Shown: positions 18,118 through 27,030 of the stretch, piece after piece
How positions within the stretch are numbered: the first letter of the stretch is position 1
How the letters are laid out: every line of letters begins with the position of its first letter
Assembly: GCA_963801165.1 (NCBI GenBank)
Contig: CAWDDT010000006.1
Coordinates: 576,001-640,000, forward strand
Reading direction: 5' to 3'
From: an uncultured bacterium
GTDB lineage: Bacteria; Actinomycetota; Acidimicrobiia; Spongiisociales; UBA5794
Length of the DNA: 64,000 nucleotides
The notes under the pieces: model-generated
Databases searched by the model: none
What the model saw: only the letters and a program-made list of their open reading frames with translations
Told to the model about the DNA's origin: nothing
Position numbers and translations under genes: made by a program

Positions 18118-19833
18118 CTAGTCGCCCGCGGCTGCGGCTGCCCTCGCTGCCTCTTCCTGCATCAGCTCCCGGCGAAGCACCTTGCCGACAAAAGTCTTCG
18201 GCAGATCGTTGCGGAATTCGATGCTGCGGGGAACCTTGAACCGGGCCAGCCGCTCCCGGCAGAACTCGATCAGCTCGGTCTCGGTGAGGGTCTGCCCCTC
18301 ATCGAGCACCACGAACGCCTTCACCCGCTGATCTGTGCCACCGACCGGCACACCGATGACCCCGGCGTCGACCACTGCAGGGTGCTCGAAGAGCGCGTCC
18401 TCGACCTCGCGGGGGTAGACGTTGAACCCGCCCGACGCCAGGATCATGTCCTTTTTGCGGTCGACTACCGCAAACCGGCCGTCCTCGTCCATGACGGCGA
18501 TATCTCCGGTATGCAGCCAGACGGTACCGTCATCGGCAGTGCGAAGAACGTCCTCGTTCGCCTCGGGCATATTCCAGTAGCCCTGCATGACCTGGGGGCC
18601 GCTGACACACAAAACCCCCCGCTCTCCCACGCCCATCACCTTGGTCTCGGTGTCCTCATCGACAATACGGCAATCGGTACTCGGCATAGGAAAACCAATG
18701 GTCCCGGTGCGGGCGGTGCCGTCGAGCGGCCCGGCATGAGTCACCGGGGAGGCCTCGCTGAGACCGTACCCCTCCACGAGAACCCCACCGGTTGCGGTCT
18801 CGAAGCCTCGTTTCACCTCGGGTGGCAACGCAGCCGCACCAGATATGCACCAGTTGATCGACGAAACGTCGTACTTGCCACTCTTGACGTGACGATGCCG
18901 GGTGATCGCCGCATAAAGGGTGGGGACGCCGGGAAAGTAGGTGGGGCGATGAGCGTCGATGACCTTGAGCAAGCCGCCGAGATCACGGGCGTCGGGGATC
19001 AGCACCTGCTTGTGCCCGGCCGAGATCGAATGGTTCATCGACACGGTGACCGAGTAGCTGTGCGTGAGCGGCAACGCAGTCAGCATCACCTCCCGCCCCG
19101 GAACCGCTTCAGGGCTCCACGCACGCACCTGGTGGGCATTCGCCATCAGATTGGCGTGCGAGAGTATCGCCCCCTTGGGCACCCCGGTCGTTCCCCCGGT
19201 GTACATCAGCATCGCAACGTCGTCGCCGGTCACCGGCACGGGTGTGGGCGCCTCATCGCTGAGAACCGACGACCACTCATACGTGTTCTCGTCGTCGCCG
19301 ACATCGACCCGGTGCCCGTCTTTCTTCTCCCGGAGCAGAGTGAACAGCAGTTTGAGCGAGCCCTTGAAGTACTCCTTGATGTTGGTCACGATGACGTGCT
19401 CTAGAGGAGTCTGGTCGCGTACCGACCGCACCTTTTCGTAGTTCATGGACACCACGATGGCGAAGCGGCTCGCCGCGTCCCTCGCCTGATGGGCGAACTC
19501 GGCAGCGGTGTACAGCGGGTTGGAGGGAACGGCGATGGCGCCGCATCTCCAGACTGCCTCGTAGGCGATCACCAGCTGCGGGCAGTTGGGCATGTACAGG
19601 GATACCCGGTCGCCCTTCTCCAGCCCGAGACGTTGTAGACCGGCAGCAAGCCGATCTACCAGGTCGTCAAGCTCGCGATAGGTGAGGCCGTGGTCGAAAA
19701 AGACGAGAGCCTCGTTGTCGGGGTATGTTCGGGCCGACGTGCGCAGCAGGCCGTCGAGCGGGCCATCTGGCCAAGTCACCCTGGCAGGGACACCGGTCTG
19801 GTAGAGCCGGTGCCAGGGCCGGGTATCAGCCAT
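18118..19833 (-). CDS. Long-chain fatty acid-CoA ligase
   Basis: YTGGTTGVPKGA, EGYGLSE, GPQVMQGYW, WLHTGD, DRKKD, LPKT.VGKVLRR. Confidence 0.93.
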   Translation of the reverse strand: MADTRPWHRLYQTGVPARVTWPDGPLDGLLRTSARTYPDNEALVFFDHGLTYRELDDLVDRLAAGLQRLGLEKGDRVSLYMPNCPQLVIAYEAVWRCGAIAVPSNPLYTAAEFAHQARDAASRFAIVVSMNYEKVRSVRDQTPLEHVIVTNIKEYFKGSLKLLFTLLREKKDGHRVDVGDDENTYEWSSVLSDEAPTPVPVTGDDVAMLMYTGGTTGVPKGAILSHANLMANAHQVRAWSPEAVPGREVMLTALPLTHSYSVTVSMNHSISAGHKQVLIPDARDLGGLLKVIDAHRPTYFPGVPTLYAAITRHRHVKSGKYDVSSINWCISGAAALPPEVKRGFETATGGVLVEGYGLSEASPVTHAGPLDGTARTGTIGFPMPSTDCRIVDEDTETKVMGVGERGVLCVSGPQVMQGYWNMPEANEDVLRTADDGTVWLHTGDIAVMDEDGRFAVVDRKKDMILASGGFNVYPREVEDALFEHPAVVDAGVIGVPVGGTDQRVKAFVVLDEGQTLTETELIEFCRERLARFKVPRSIEFRNDLPKTFVGKVLRRELMQEEAARAAAAAGD

Positions 19834-20860
19834 CGCCACCGCTCCGCGCCGAGAAGGCGACCGCCCGGTCGAGCACGTCTTTCGCCTTCCCCGAATCGAT
19901 CGATTCGGCCGCAACCGCCATCGCCGGCAGGAAGCCCTCTGCCAGACCTCCGGCCACGATCGCCGGTGCAGCGTTGACGAGAGCGATATCGCGCTTCGGT
20001 CCCGGCTCACCCGTGAGGATGGCCCTGGTGATGGCAACGTTCTCGGCGGCATCACCACCGCGGAAATCACCCAGGGTCGCCCTGGCCACTCCGAAGTCCT
20101 CAGGCGTGAACTCCGCGTGGGTGATCTCGCCTTCGCGGAGCCTGAATATGAACGAAGGCCCGGTCGTAGTTAGCTCGTCGAGACCGTCCTCTCCGTAGAA
20201 CACAAACGCAGATTCGGCGCCCAGGTTGGCCAGCACCTCGATCATCAATCGGGCCATGCGCGGATCGGAGACCCCGAGCGCATAACGCCGCGCTCCCGCC
20301 GGGTTGCACAGCGGACCGAGAAAGTTGAACACAGTCCGGAAGCCGAGCTGGCGCCGCACCGGACCCGCGTGGCGCATCGCCGGGTGATAGTGAGGCGCAA
20401 AGAAGAACCCGAACCCGACCTCGTCGATCATGGCGACGGTCGCCTCCGGCTCCATCTGGAGGTTGAGCCCGAGCGCTTCCAGTAGATCCGCAGACCCGGT
20501 CTGCGATGACGCCGCACGGTTTCCGTGCTTGGCGATCTTCACACCGGCACCCGCGGCAATGAAAGCCGCCGTGGTCGAGATATTGAAGGTACCCGATCGA
20601 TCTCCGCCCGTTCCCACCAGATCGACGACGGGGGCGGTCACGGAAACGGCCCGGGCAGCCGCTCGCATCGCCTCGACAAAACCGGTCATCTCCTCCGCGG
20701 TTTCGCCCTTGGTTCGGAGGACGGTCAGGAATGCGGCAATCTGCGCCTCGCTGGCTTCCCCGGCCATGATCGTTGCCATCACGTCCCGAGCCCGGGTTTG
20801 CGACAGGTGATTGCCTTCGAGCAGATCGGTGAAGACGTCGGGCCAGATGACACTCGCCAT
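19826..20860 (-). CDS. trpD: Anthranilate phosphoribosyltransferase
   Basis: DLVGTGGD..GTFNIST, KHGNRAASS..GSAD.LE, FAPHYHPAM, RTVFN.LGPL.NP, DGLDEL. Confidence 0.96.
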   Translation of the reverse strand: MASVIWPDVFTDLLEGNHLSQTRARDVMATIMAGEASEAQIAAFLTVLRTKGETAEEMTGFVEAMRAAARAVSVTAPVVDLVGTGGDRSGTFNISTTAAFIAAGAGVKIAKHGNRAASSQTGSADLLEALGLNLQMEPEATVAMIDEVGFGFFFAPHYHPAMRHAGPVRRQLGFRTVFNFLGPLCNPAGARRYALGVSDPRMARLMIEVLANLGAESAFVFYGEDGLDELTTTGPSFIFRLREGEITHAEFTPEDFGVARATLGDFRGGDAAENVAITRAILTGEPGPKRDIALVNAAPAIVAGGLAEGFLPAMAVAAESIDSGKAKDVLDRAVAFSARSGGDG

Positions 20861-20941
20861 GGCGGGACCCTAGCAGCACAGATTGTGCCGCGAATTTCCA
20901 ACCTCAACTAGATGAGGCGTCAAAGCAATTGAGGCGCACCC

Positions 20942-21214
20942 TCAGGCGATCATCCGCTGTAGGTTGCGCCGCTCCTTCTCGGTCATGCCGCCCCAGATGC
21001 CAAAGCGAATCCGCGCCTCGAGCGCAAACTCGAGGCAATCGAAGCTCACCGGGCACCCCTCACAGACCCGAATCGCATCTTGCTCGCCTGTGATGGTCAA
21101 GGGAAAGAAGATATCGGGATCTTTGTCCCGGCACACGGCAAATGCTGCCCATGGCCGCTCCTCGGTTATAGGAACGGGCAACGCAGAGTGCATTTGATCA
21201 AGAATATTCTTCAT
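20942..21214 (-). CDS. whiB: WhiB-like Fe-S transcriptional regulator
   Basis: W...A.C...DPDIFFP...C..CPV..DCL.FAL...FGIWGGM...ER; subfamily not determined. Confidence 0.9.
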   Translation of the reverse strand: MKNILDQMHSALPVPITEERPWAAFAVCRDKDPDIFFPLTITGEQDAIRVCEGCPVSFDCLEFALEARIRFGIWGGMTEKERRNLQRMIA

Positions 21215-21385
21215 TGGCCACCCCCGTGAGGTGTGGTGCGACGCCGTACCTCGGCCGCGCACCCCTTTAAGACGTCTCCGCCCCCGGTTTGGTTCCCGCC
21301 GCTCGAATCGGCTCCGCACGTAGTGAGGAGCCGGAGCACTACAATCGGGCGTCTACGCAACGACACACACGGGGGAGGCAAGGCC

Positions 21386-21841
21386 CTGCTCTACTTCGCA
21401 TACAACGCTCGGATCTCGCCCACCGAGATGAATGAGGTCGCACCCCACGCCCGGTTCGAGTTCATCGCACATCTCCCCGAATGGGGGCTCGAGTTCCCGA
21501 TAGCGAACGAAACATGGGGCGGTGCTCTTCCTGCCGTGAAGCCAGAGTCCGGATCGACCGTCTGGGGCGCCGTATATGAGATCCCCGCGACGGATCTTGA
21601 CAAACTCAACGCGGTCGAGGCCCGGGAGCAGCGCGCCGCGATGACTGTCGAGGCCATGGACCGTAACGGACGACGCCACCAGGTGGTGGTTCACCTACTC
21701 GACGGCGACGCGTCGGTCAACGGCAACGGTTCCAGCCGCCCATCTGCCGACTACCTACGACTCATGGTCGACGGGTCGCGGCACTGGAGTCTGCCGTTCG
21801 GTTGGATCGCTGGTCTCGAGGAACATCTCGAGAAGTCCTAG
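21386..21841 (+). CDS. Gamma-glutamylcyclotransferase (GGCT/AIG2)-like protein, probable CTG start
   Basis: (M)LYFAYNA, VWGAVYEI, RPSADYL..M..G; GGAGG 7 nt before CTG 21386 and TACAAT at 21340-21345. Confidence 0.72.
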   Translation: MLYFAYNARISPTEMNEVAPHARFEFIAHLPEWGLEFPIANETWGGALPAVKPESGSTVWGAVYEIPATDLDKLNAVEAREQRAAMTVEAMDRNGRRHQVVVHLLDGDASVNGNGSSRPSADYLRLMVDGSRHWSLPFGWIAGLEEHLEKS

Positions 21842-22243
21842 GTGTCCCAGCAGGTAAGGCCCGCTGAATCACGCCGCCCGGCCGTTCGCTGGGGAGCGGT
21901 CGCGATCGGTGCGATGGCCGGCCTGGTTCTCTCGCTGCTCACCTTCATATTCCTCGGGGTGACCGGGCTGATTGCGCCCGGCCGCGGCGACGTCTTCCTG
22001 CTGTTCAACCAGTTCCTCTCTCTCGTGGTCGCCGGTTACGTCGGGGGACGGCTATCCGACTCGCCGGAACTACACGGGGGTCTGTCCGCCCTCGTGGGCG
22101 CCCTGATCTCCGGGCTCATCTCACTGAGCAACACTGACGCCGGTTTGCCCGGCATCATCACGCTGACTGTCGTTGCCGCCGTGCTCGGAACCGCCGGCGG
22201 GGTCCTGGCCCGCTGGCACAAACAGGCGATCGAAGACCGCTAG
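21842..22243 (+). CDS. Small integral membrane protein (about 4 TM)
   Basis: Hydrophobic Gly-rich helices (VRWGAVAIG, AGYVGGRL, HGGLSAL); abuts the upstream stop. Confidence 0.7.
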   Translation: MSQQVRPAESRRPAVRWGAVAIGAMAGLVLSLLTFIFLGVTGLIAPGRGDVFLLFNQFLSLVVAGYVGGRLSDSPELHGGLSALVGALISGLISLSNTDAGLPGIITLTVVAAVLGTAGGVLARWHKQAIEDR

Positions 22244-22248
22244 CCACG

Positions 22249-22297
22249 GCTTTTGGCGTCGGAAACCGGAATATGTTCCGCTTTCCGACGCAGGAGT
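22249..22297. repeat. 48-bp palindromic REP-like element, copy D (inverted)
   Basis: Reverse complement reads ACTCCTGCGTCGGAAAGCGGAACATATTCCGGTTTCCGACGCCAAAAGC. Confidence 0.8.
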
Positions 22298-22413
22298 GGA
22301 TACGGCCGGCAATTTTCCCGTCCATATGGGGACTTCTGGCCCTATTTGCATCTGCATGAGTGGGCATAGCATGCACAGTGCTCAAAGCTATGCATCATAT
22401 GCAGGAACGCACA

Positions 22414-23178
22414 ATGGTTCTGCTGACCACCAAACAAGTACAAGAACTCTTCCGCGTAGATAGGTCGACGATCTATCGCATGGCCGAGGACGGACGTCTC
22501 CCGGCCGTGAAGGTCGGCCGCCAATGGCGGTTCCCGTCGGACCATGTCGAGAGTCTTCTTGGCCAGCCGGAGACGCCCAAGACGGCGCCAACCACCGAAT
22601 CGCTCGCCGAGCGTGCCGCAGCCCTCGACCGTGTACTCCCCGCGGACACGGCCCAGGCCGTCGCCGACCTGGCCGCCGACCTGTTCGGGGTAATGGCGGT
22701 CGTCACCGACATGAGCGGCCGGGCACTCACCAACGTCTCCAGCCCGTGCGGATATTTCAGCGCCGTATTCGACGGCTTGTACACCCCCGATCGCTGCTCC
22801 GATGGATGGCGACGGCTCGGCGAGGAGATAGACCTCGAGCCTCGCTTCGTCCCCAGCCATCTCGGATTCTTGTGCGCACGGTCGTTCATCCGCATCGGCG
22901 CTTCACTGGTCGGCATGGTGATCGTCGGTGGCGTCGCCCCGGAGCTCTGGCCACCATCGTCAGCAGAGATGGAGGCGGTGGCCGCCGAGACGGGAGTCCC
23001 GGTTGTGACCATCGAGGCGCACATCAAAGAGGTCTACTGGATCGACAGAGCGCACCAGGACTGGATCGTCACGAACCTATCGCGAGTCAGCGATCTCATC
23101 TCGCTGCTCGCAGACGGTCACGGAAAGCTTGTCAAGAAACTCGAGTCAATCGCCGCTCTCGCCGGAGCGGCGTCATAG
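22414..23178 (+). CDS. HTH_17 (excisionase/BldC-like) + PocR sensory domain regulator
   Basis: LLTTKQV.....VDRSTIYRMAEDGRLPAVKVGRQWRF; C-terminal V.D..G..LT..S.PC.YF...RC...SHLGF.CAR PocR-like domain. Confidence 0.8.
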   Translation: MVLLTTKQVQELFRVDRSTIYRMAEDGRLPAVKVGRQWRFPSDHVESLLGQPETPKTAPTTESLAERAAALDRVLPADTAQAVADLAADLFGVMAVVTDMSGRALTNVSSPCGYFSAVFDGLYTPDRCSDGWRRLGEEIDLEPRFVPSHLGFLCARSFIRIGASLVGMVIVGGVAPELWPPSSAEMEAVAAETGVPVVTIEAHIKEVYWIDRAHQDWIVTNLSRVSDLISLLADGHGKLVKKLESIAALAGAAS

Positions 23179-23196
23179 GAAGCAAGGAGAACCCAA

Positions 23197-24438
23197 GTGA
23201 AGAGACTGCTAGTGCTGGGAGCAGGAACGGCCGGAACCATGGTCGCCAACAAACTCCGTCCCCATCTCGACGAGCGGGATTGGACGATCACGCTCGTTGA
23301 CCAGAACGAGACTCATTACTACCAACCGGGGTTCCTGTTCCTGCCTTTCGGTGGCTACAAGCGAGAGGAGCTCGAGAAGCCGAAGCGCCGGTTCATCCCG
23401 CAGGGTGTCGAGTTGCTGATGGGCGAGATCGATCTCGTCGAGCCGGAGAAGAATCAGGTCAAGCTGGTCGACGGCACCGAGCTTTCCTATGACTACCTGG
23501 TGATCGCCACCGGCACGCACCCCACCCCGGGGGAGACACCGGGACTGGGTGACGACGAGTGGCGCAAATCGGTATTCGACTTCTACACCATCGACGGGGC
23601 CGAGGCTCTCAAGGCGAAGCTCGACACCTGGGAGGGCGGCAAGCTGGTGCTCAACATCATCGAGATGCCGATCAAGTGCCCGGTCGCCCCGCTCGAGTTC
23701 ATATTCCTGGCCGACTCGTTCTTCCACGAGCGTGGGATGCGCGACCATGTGCAGCTCGAATACGTCACTCCCCTGCCGGGCGCTTTCACCAAGCCGGTGG
23801 CGGCCCGCTACCTCGGCGACATGCTCGAGGACCGCAAGATCAAGCTGGAGTCCGACTTCTTCCTGGAGCGAGTCGACACAGAGAACCATCAGCTCGTTTC
23901 CTACGACGAGCGCACCATCGACTACGACCTCCTGGTGACCATCCCGGTCAACATGGGTGCGGAGTACATCGCCCGTTCCGGTCTCGGTGACGAGCTGCGA
24001 CACGTCCCGGTCGACAAGCACAACTTCCTGTCGACCACGCACGACAACATCTTCGCCCTCGGCGACGCGGCCGCGCTGCCGACATCGAAAGCCGGATCGG
24101 TTGCCCACTTCGCCATCGACATCTTCACCGAGAACTTCCTCGAATACATCGAAGGAAGACCGATGAGAGCGAAGTTCGATGGTCACGCCAACTGCTTCAT
24201 CGAGTCCGGCAACGGCAAGGGCATGCTGATCGACTTCAACTACGACACCGAGCCGCTCCCCGGCAAGTACCCGTTGCCCGGAATCGGCCCCTTCTCGCTC
24301 CTCCAGGAGACCGAGGCGAACCACTGGGGCAAGCTCATGTTCAAGTGGGTGTACTGGAACGTGCTTCTCGAGGGACGGGCCATGCCTATTCCTGCGCTGA
24401 TGTCGATGGCGGGGAAGATCCGTGAGGACATGCGATGA
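23197..24438 (+). CDS. sqr: Sulfide:quinone oxidoreductase (type III-like)
   Basis: LGAGTAG FAD motif, HYYQPG, YDYLVIATG, IKCPVAP, FALGDA, SKAGSVAH, HANCFIESG; SD AAGGAG. Confidence 0.82.
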   Translation: MKRLLVLGAGTAGTMVANKLRPHLDERDWTITLVDQNETHYYQPGFLFLPFGGYKREELEKPKRRFIPQGVELLMGEIDLVEPEKNQVKLVDGTELSYDYLVIATGTHPTPGETPGLGDDEWRKSVFDFYTIDGAEALKAKLDTWEGGKLVLNIIEMPIKCPVAPLEFIFLADSFFHERGMRDHVQLEYVTPLPGAFTKPVAARYLGDMLEDRKIKLESDFFLERVDTENHQLVSYDERTIDYDLLVTIPVNMGAEYIARSGLGDELRHVPVDKHNFLSTTHDNIFALGDAAALPTSKAGSVAHFAIDIFTENFLEYIEGRPMRAKFDGHANCFIESGNGKGMLIDFNYDTEPLPGKYPLPGIGPFSLLQETEANHWGKLMFKWVYWNVLLEGRAMPIPALMSMAGKIREDMR

Positions 24439-25169
24439 CGACGCTGTCCCCCACGGCAACCGCTGCGCTCGAGGCCAAGATCGATGCCCTCACCGACCAG
24501 GTCGCTTTCCTGACCCAGGAGGCCGAGCTGGCCAGACGGCGCCGCGAGTTCTGGACCGATCTCCAGAGCGACGTGATGCCGATCGCCGGGGACTTCCTCC
24601 AGGTCCTGGAGCGTGAGCTCGACGAGCTCAGCTGCAACGTGTGCATGGCGGACTTCGGCGATCTGCTACGCAGATTCGTCCGCGTAGCGCCGATCCTCGA
24701 TCAGGGTCTCCGCTATCTCGAGATGTTCGCCGATCTCGCATCCGACATGATGCCGCTCAGCGAGCACGCCTTGAGCGTCGCCACCGATAGGCTCGTCGAA
24801 CTCGACCAGAAGGGCTATTTCGGCTTCGCCAAGAGCTCCTGGCACGTCGTAGACCGGATCGTCACAGGCTTCAGCGAGAACGATGTGGAAGCCCTCGGTG
24901 ACAATGTCGTGCTCATCCTGGACACGATCAAGGAGCTGACCCAGCCCGAGATCATGGCCGCCCTGCACCACATGATCGAGGCCGTGCAGAGGCAGCAGGC
25001 GCAGATGGATCACGAGGCCGAGAGGCCCCCCGGCCTCTTCAAGCTCGCGATGCGGCTGCGCGATCCCGAGGTCCGCCGCGGGATGAACCGGGCGCTCAAC
25101 ACGCTCGGCGCCGTCGCTGAGGTCGACCCCAACCAACCAGTTTCGGATACCAAGACAACCAACCCTTAG
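24435..25169 (+). CDS. DUF1641 domain-containing protein
   Basis: Helical protein ending in PPGLFKL...LRDPEVRRGM; LGDNVVLILDTIK; ATGA-coupled to sqr. Confidence 0.75.
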   Translation: MTTLSPTATAALEAKIDALTDQVAFLTQEAELARRRREFWTDLQSDVMPIAGDFLQVLERELDELSCNVCMADFGDLLRRFVRVAPILDQGLRYLEMFADLASDMMPLSEHALSVATDRLVELDQKGYFGFAKSSWHVVDRIVTGFSENDVEALGDNVVLILDTIKELTQPEIMAALHHMIEAVQRQQAQMDHEAERPPGLFKLAMRLRDPEVRRGMNRALNTLGAVAEVDPNQPVSDTKTTNP

Positions 25170-25179
25170 GAGGTAGCAA

Positions 25180-25494
25180 ATGCCAGTCATCAAGATCGCC
25201 GGAGCCGACGTCAGCGTCGACGGCGAAGGCTTCATGACCGAATACGACCAGTGGAACGAGGACATCGCCAAGGAGCTGGCCGGCAACATCGGTGTCGAGC
25301 TGACCGACGGCCATTGGCAGGTCATCAAGTTCCTGCGTGAGGACTACAAGGAGCAGGGCGAGACGCCGATGTTGCGGCGGGTCTCCAACGTCGGCGGAGT
25401 TCCCACCAAGCAACTGTTCGAGATGTTCCCCAAGAAACCGGCCAAGAAGATGGCCTACATCGCCGGTGTCCCGAAGCCGCAGGGCTGCGTCTGA
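25180..25494 (+). CDS. tusE: TusE/DsrC/DsvC family sulfur-relay protein (single C-terminal Cys)
   Basis: VDGEGF...WNE.IA..LA, HWQVI.FLR, LF..FP, AGVPKPQGCV; lacks the second Cys of true DsrC. Confidence 0.88.
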   Translation: MPVIKIAGADVSVDGEGFMTEYDQWNEDIAKELAGNIGVELTDGHWQVIKFLREDYKEQGETPMLRRVSNVGGVPTKQLFEMFPKKPAKKMAYIAGVPKPQGCV

Positions 25495-25528
25495 CAACCG
25501 ACCGTCCGATCTACAAGGAGTACGAGTC

Positions 25529-26041
25529 ATGACATTTGTTCCCGACTTTGGTGACGATGGTGGCGATCGGAAGATCTGCTTCATCGCATCCAAGGGCACC
25601 CTCGACATGGTGTATCCGTCGCTCGTGATGGCCAACGCCGCTTTGGGCGAGGGCGTCGAGACGCACATCTTCTTCACGTTTTGGGGCCTGGACATCATCA
25701 CCAAGAAGCATATGGACAACCTGCAGTTCACCTGGATGGGCAATACGGCCATGCACCCGACCGGCAAGAAATTCCATATGCCCCAGGGCATGGCCGGGCT
25801 ACCGGGCATGACCGCCATTGCCACCAAGATGATGAAGAAGCAGATTGCCGATCTCGACGTCCCGGACGTCCCCGAGTTCATTCAGATGATCTCCGACGCC
25901 GGAGGTCATCTGTGGGCGTGCAAGATGTCCGTCGACATGATGGGCTTGACCAAGGACGACATGATCCCCGAGGTCGAGGGCGTCATCTCGGCAACCGATT
26001 TCATCGAACTGTCAGACGGCGGCCAGATCATATTCACCTGA
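25529..26041 (+). CDS. DsrE/DsrF/DrsH-like (DsrE2-type) protein
   Basis: ASKGTLDM.YP.L.MA, IFFTFWGLD, WACKMSVDMM; SD AAGGAG. Confidence 0.87.
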   Translation: MTFVPDFGDDGGDRKICFIASKGTLDMVYPSLVMANAALGEGVETHIFFTFWGLDIITKKHMDNLQFTWMGNTAMHPTGKKFHMPQGMAGLPGMTAIATKMMKKQIADLDVPDVPEFIQMISDAGGHLWACKMSVDMMGLTKDDMIPEVEGVISATDFIELSDGGQIIFT

Positions 26042-26062
26042 GCAACCGGGATCGACCAAACT

Positions 26063-26093
26063 GAACGGGACCCAACCGGGTCCCGTTCTATTT
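26063..26093 (+). terminator. Intrinsic terminator after the sulfur operon
   Basis: GAACGGGACCC-AACC-GGGTCCCGTTC followed by TATTT. Confidence 0.7.
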
Positions 26094-26125
26094 GCCTTCG
26101 GAATCAAGCGACGATAGGAGCTGCC

Positions 26126-26518
26126 ATGTCCGACTACTCATTCTCGACGACCGTCGCAGGACCGATCGAGACTGCCCGGGAGAAGGTCGCCGCCGCCCTG
26201 GCAACGGAGGGTTTCGGGATCCTCACCGAGATCGACGTAGCCGCGACCATGAAGAAGAAATTGGACATCGACTTCGAGCCGTATCTCATCCTGGGGGCGT
26301 GCAACCCTCAGCTCGCACACCGCGCCCTCAGCGCCGATCCCAGCATCGGAGTTCTCCTCCCCTGCAACGTCGTGCTGCGAGACAGTAAGGGCGAGATCAC
26401 GGTCGAGTTCATGGATCCGGCGGCAGTGCTCACACTGGTCGAAAGAGAGGGCATCGCCGAGATCGCAGCCGAAGTGAAGGGAAGGCTCGTCCGCGTGAAA
26501 GAAGCCCTCGCCGGCTGA
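26126..26518 (+). CDS. DUF302 domain-containing protein
   Basis: EGFGILTEIDV...MKKKL, YLILGACNP..A..AL, IGVLLPCNVV. Confidence 0.88.
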   Translation: MSDYSFSTTVAGPIETAREKVAAALATEGFGILTEIDVAATMKKKLDIDFEPYLILGACNPQLAHRALSADPSIGVLLPCNVVLRDSKGEITVEFMDPAAVLTLVEREGIAEIAAEVKGRLVRVKEALAG

Positions 26519-26542
26519 CCTTTCCAGAATTACGATGGTGCC

Positions 26543-26917
26543 GAGCCCGGGAGACGACCGCGTTCGGCGCCGCCGACCCGTTCGGCGCACCGACCGAGGA
26601 AAGTCCGGACTCCGCAGGGCATGGTGCTGGGTAACACCCAGGCGGGGCAACCCGACGGAAAGTGCAACAGAGAGCAGACCGCCGTAACGGCAAGGGTGAA
26701 ACGGTGGTGTAAGAGACCACCAGCGCTCCGGGTGACCGGGGCGGCTAGGCAAACCCCACCAGGAGCAAGGCCAAGCAGGGAGTGAGCTGCCCGCTCGTTA
26801 ATCCCAGGTGGGCCGCATGAGCCCGTCCAGCAATGGCGGGCCTAGATAGATGGTCGTCGCCGGGCGCCGGTCCTCGGACCGGATGCCGGGTACAGAATCC
26901 GGCTTACGACCGGGCTC
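26543..26917 (+). ncRNA. rnpB: RNase P RNA, bacterial class A
   Basis: GAGGAAAGTCCGGACTCC, GGAAAGTGCAACAGAGAG, GGGTGAAACGG..TAAGAG, GGCAAACCCC, ACAGAATCCGGCTTA; P1 GAGCCCGG/CCGGGCTC; -10 TACGAT at 26531-26536. Confidence 0.97.
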
Positions 26918-26920
26918 ATA

Positions 26921-26952
26921 GGAAGGGCCCCCGAGCATTCGGGGGCCCTTCC
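26921..26952. terminator. Terminator hairpin after rnpB
   Basis: GGAAGGGCCCCCGA-GCAT-TCGGGGGCCCTTCC, perfect 14-bp stem. Confidence 0.8.
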
Positions 26953-27030
26953 ACTTCTCCGCCAGCTGTAATCTTCAGGGGTGTGCTACCAACTCCAGGT
27001 CAGGCCCGGAGCCTCTCTAGCACCCTTCTC

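Noticed and set aside
22414-22560. Prophage or ICE excisionase
   Set aside because: The HTH is fused to a sensory domain and heads a metabolic operon; no integrase or att site nearby.
25180-25494. DsrC as a marker of dissimilatory sulfite reduction
   Set aside because: Only the terminal Cys is present (TusE type) and no dsrAB or dsrMK genes are in the window.
26092-26752. ORFs overlapping DUF302 and rnpB
   Set aside because: The region is explained by DUF302 and the RNase P RNA.
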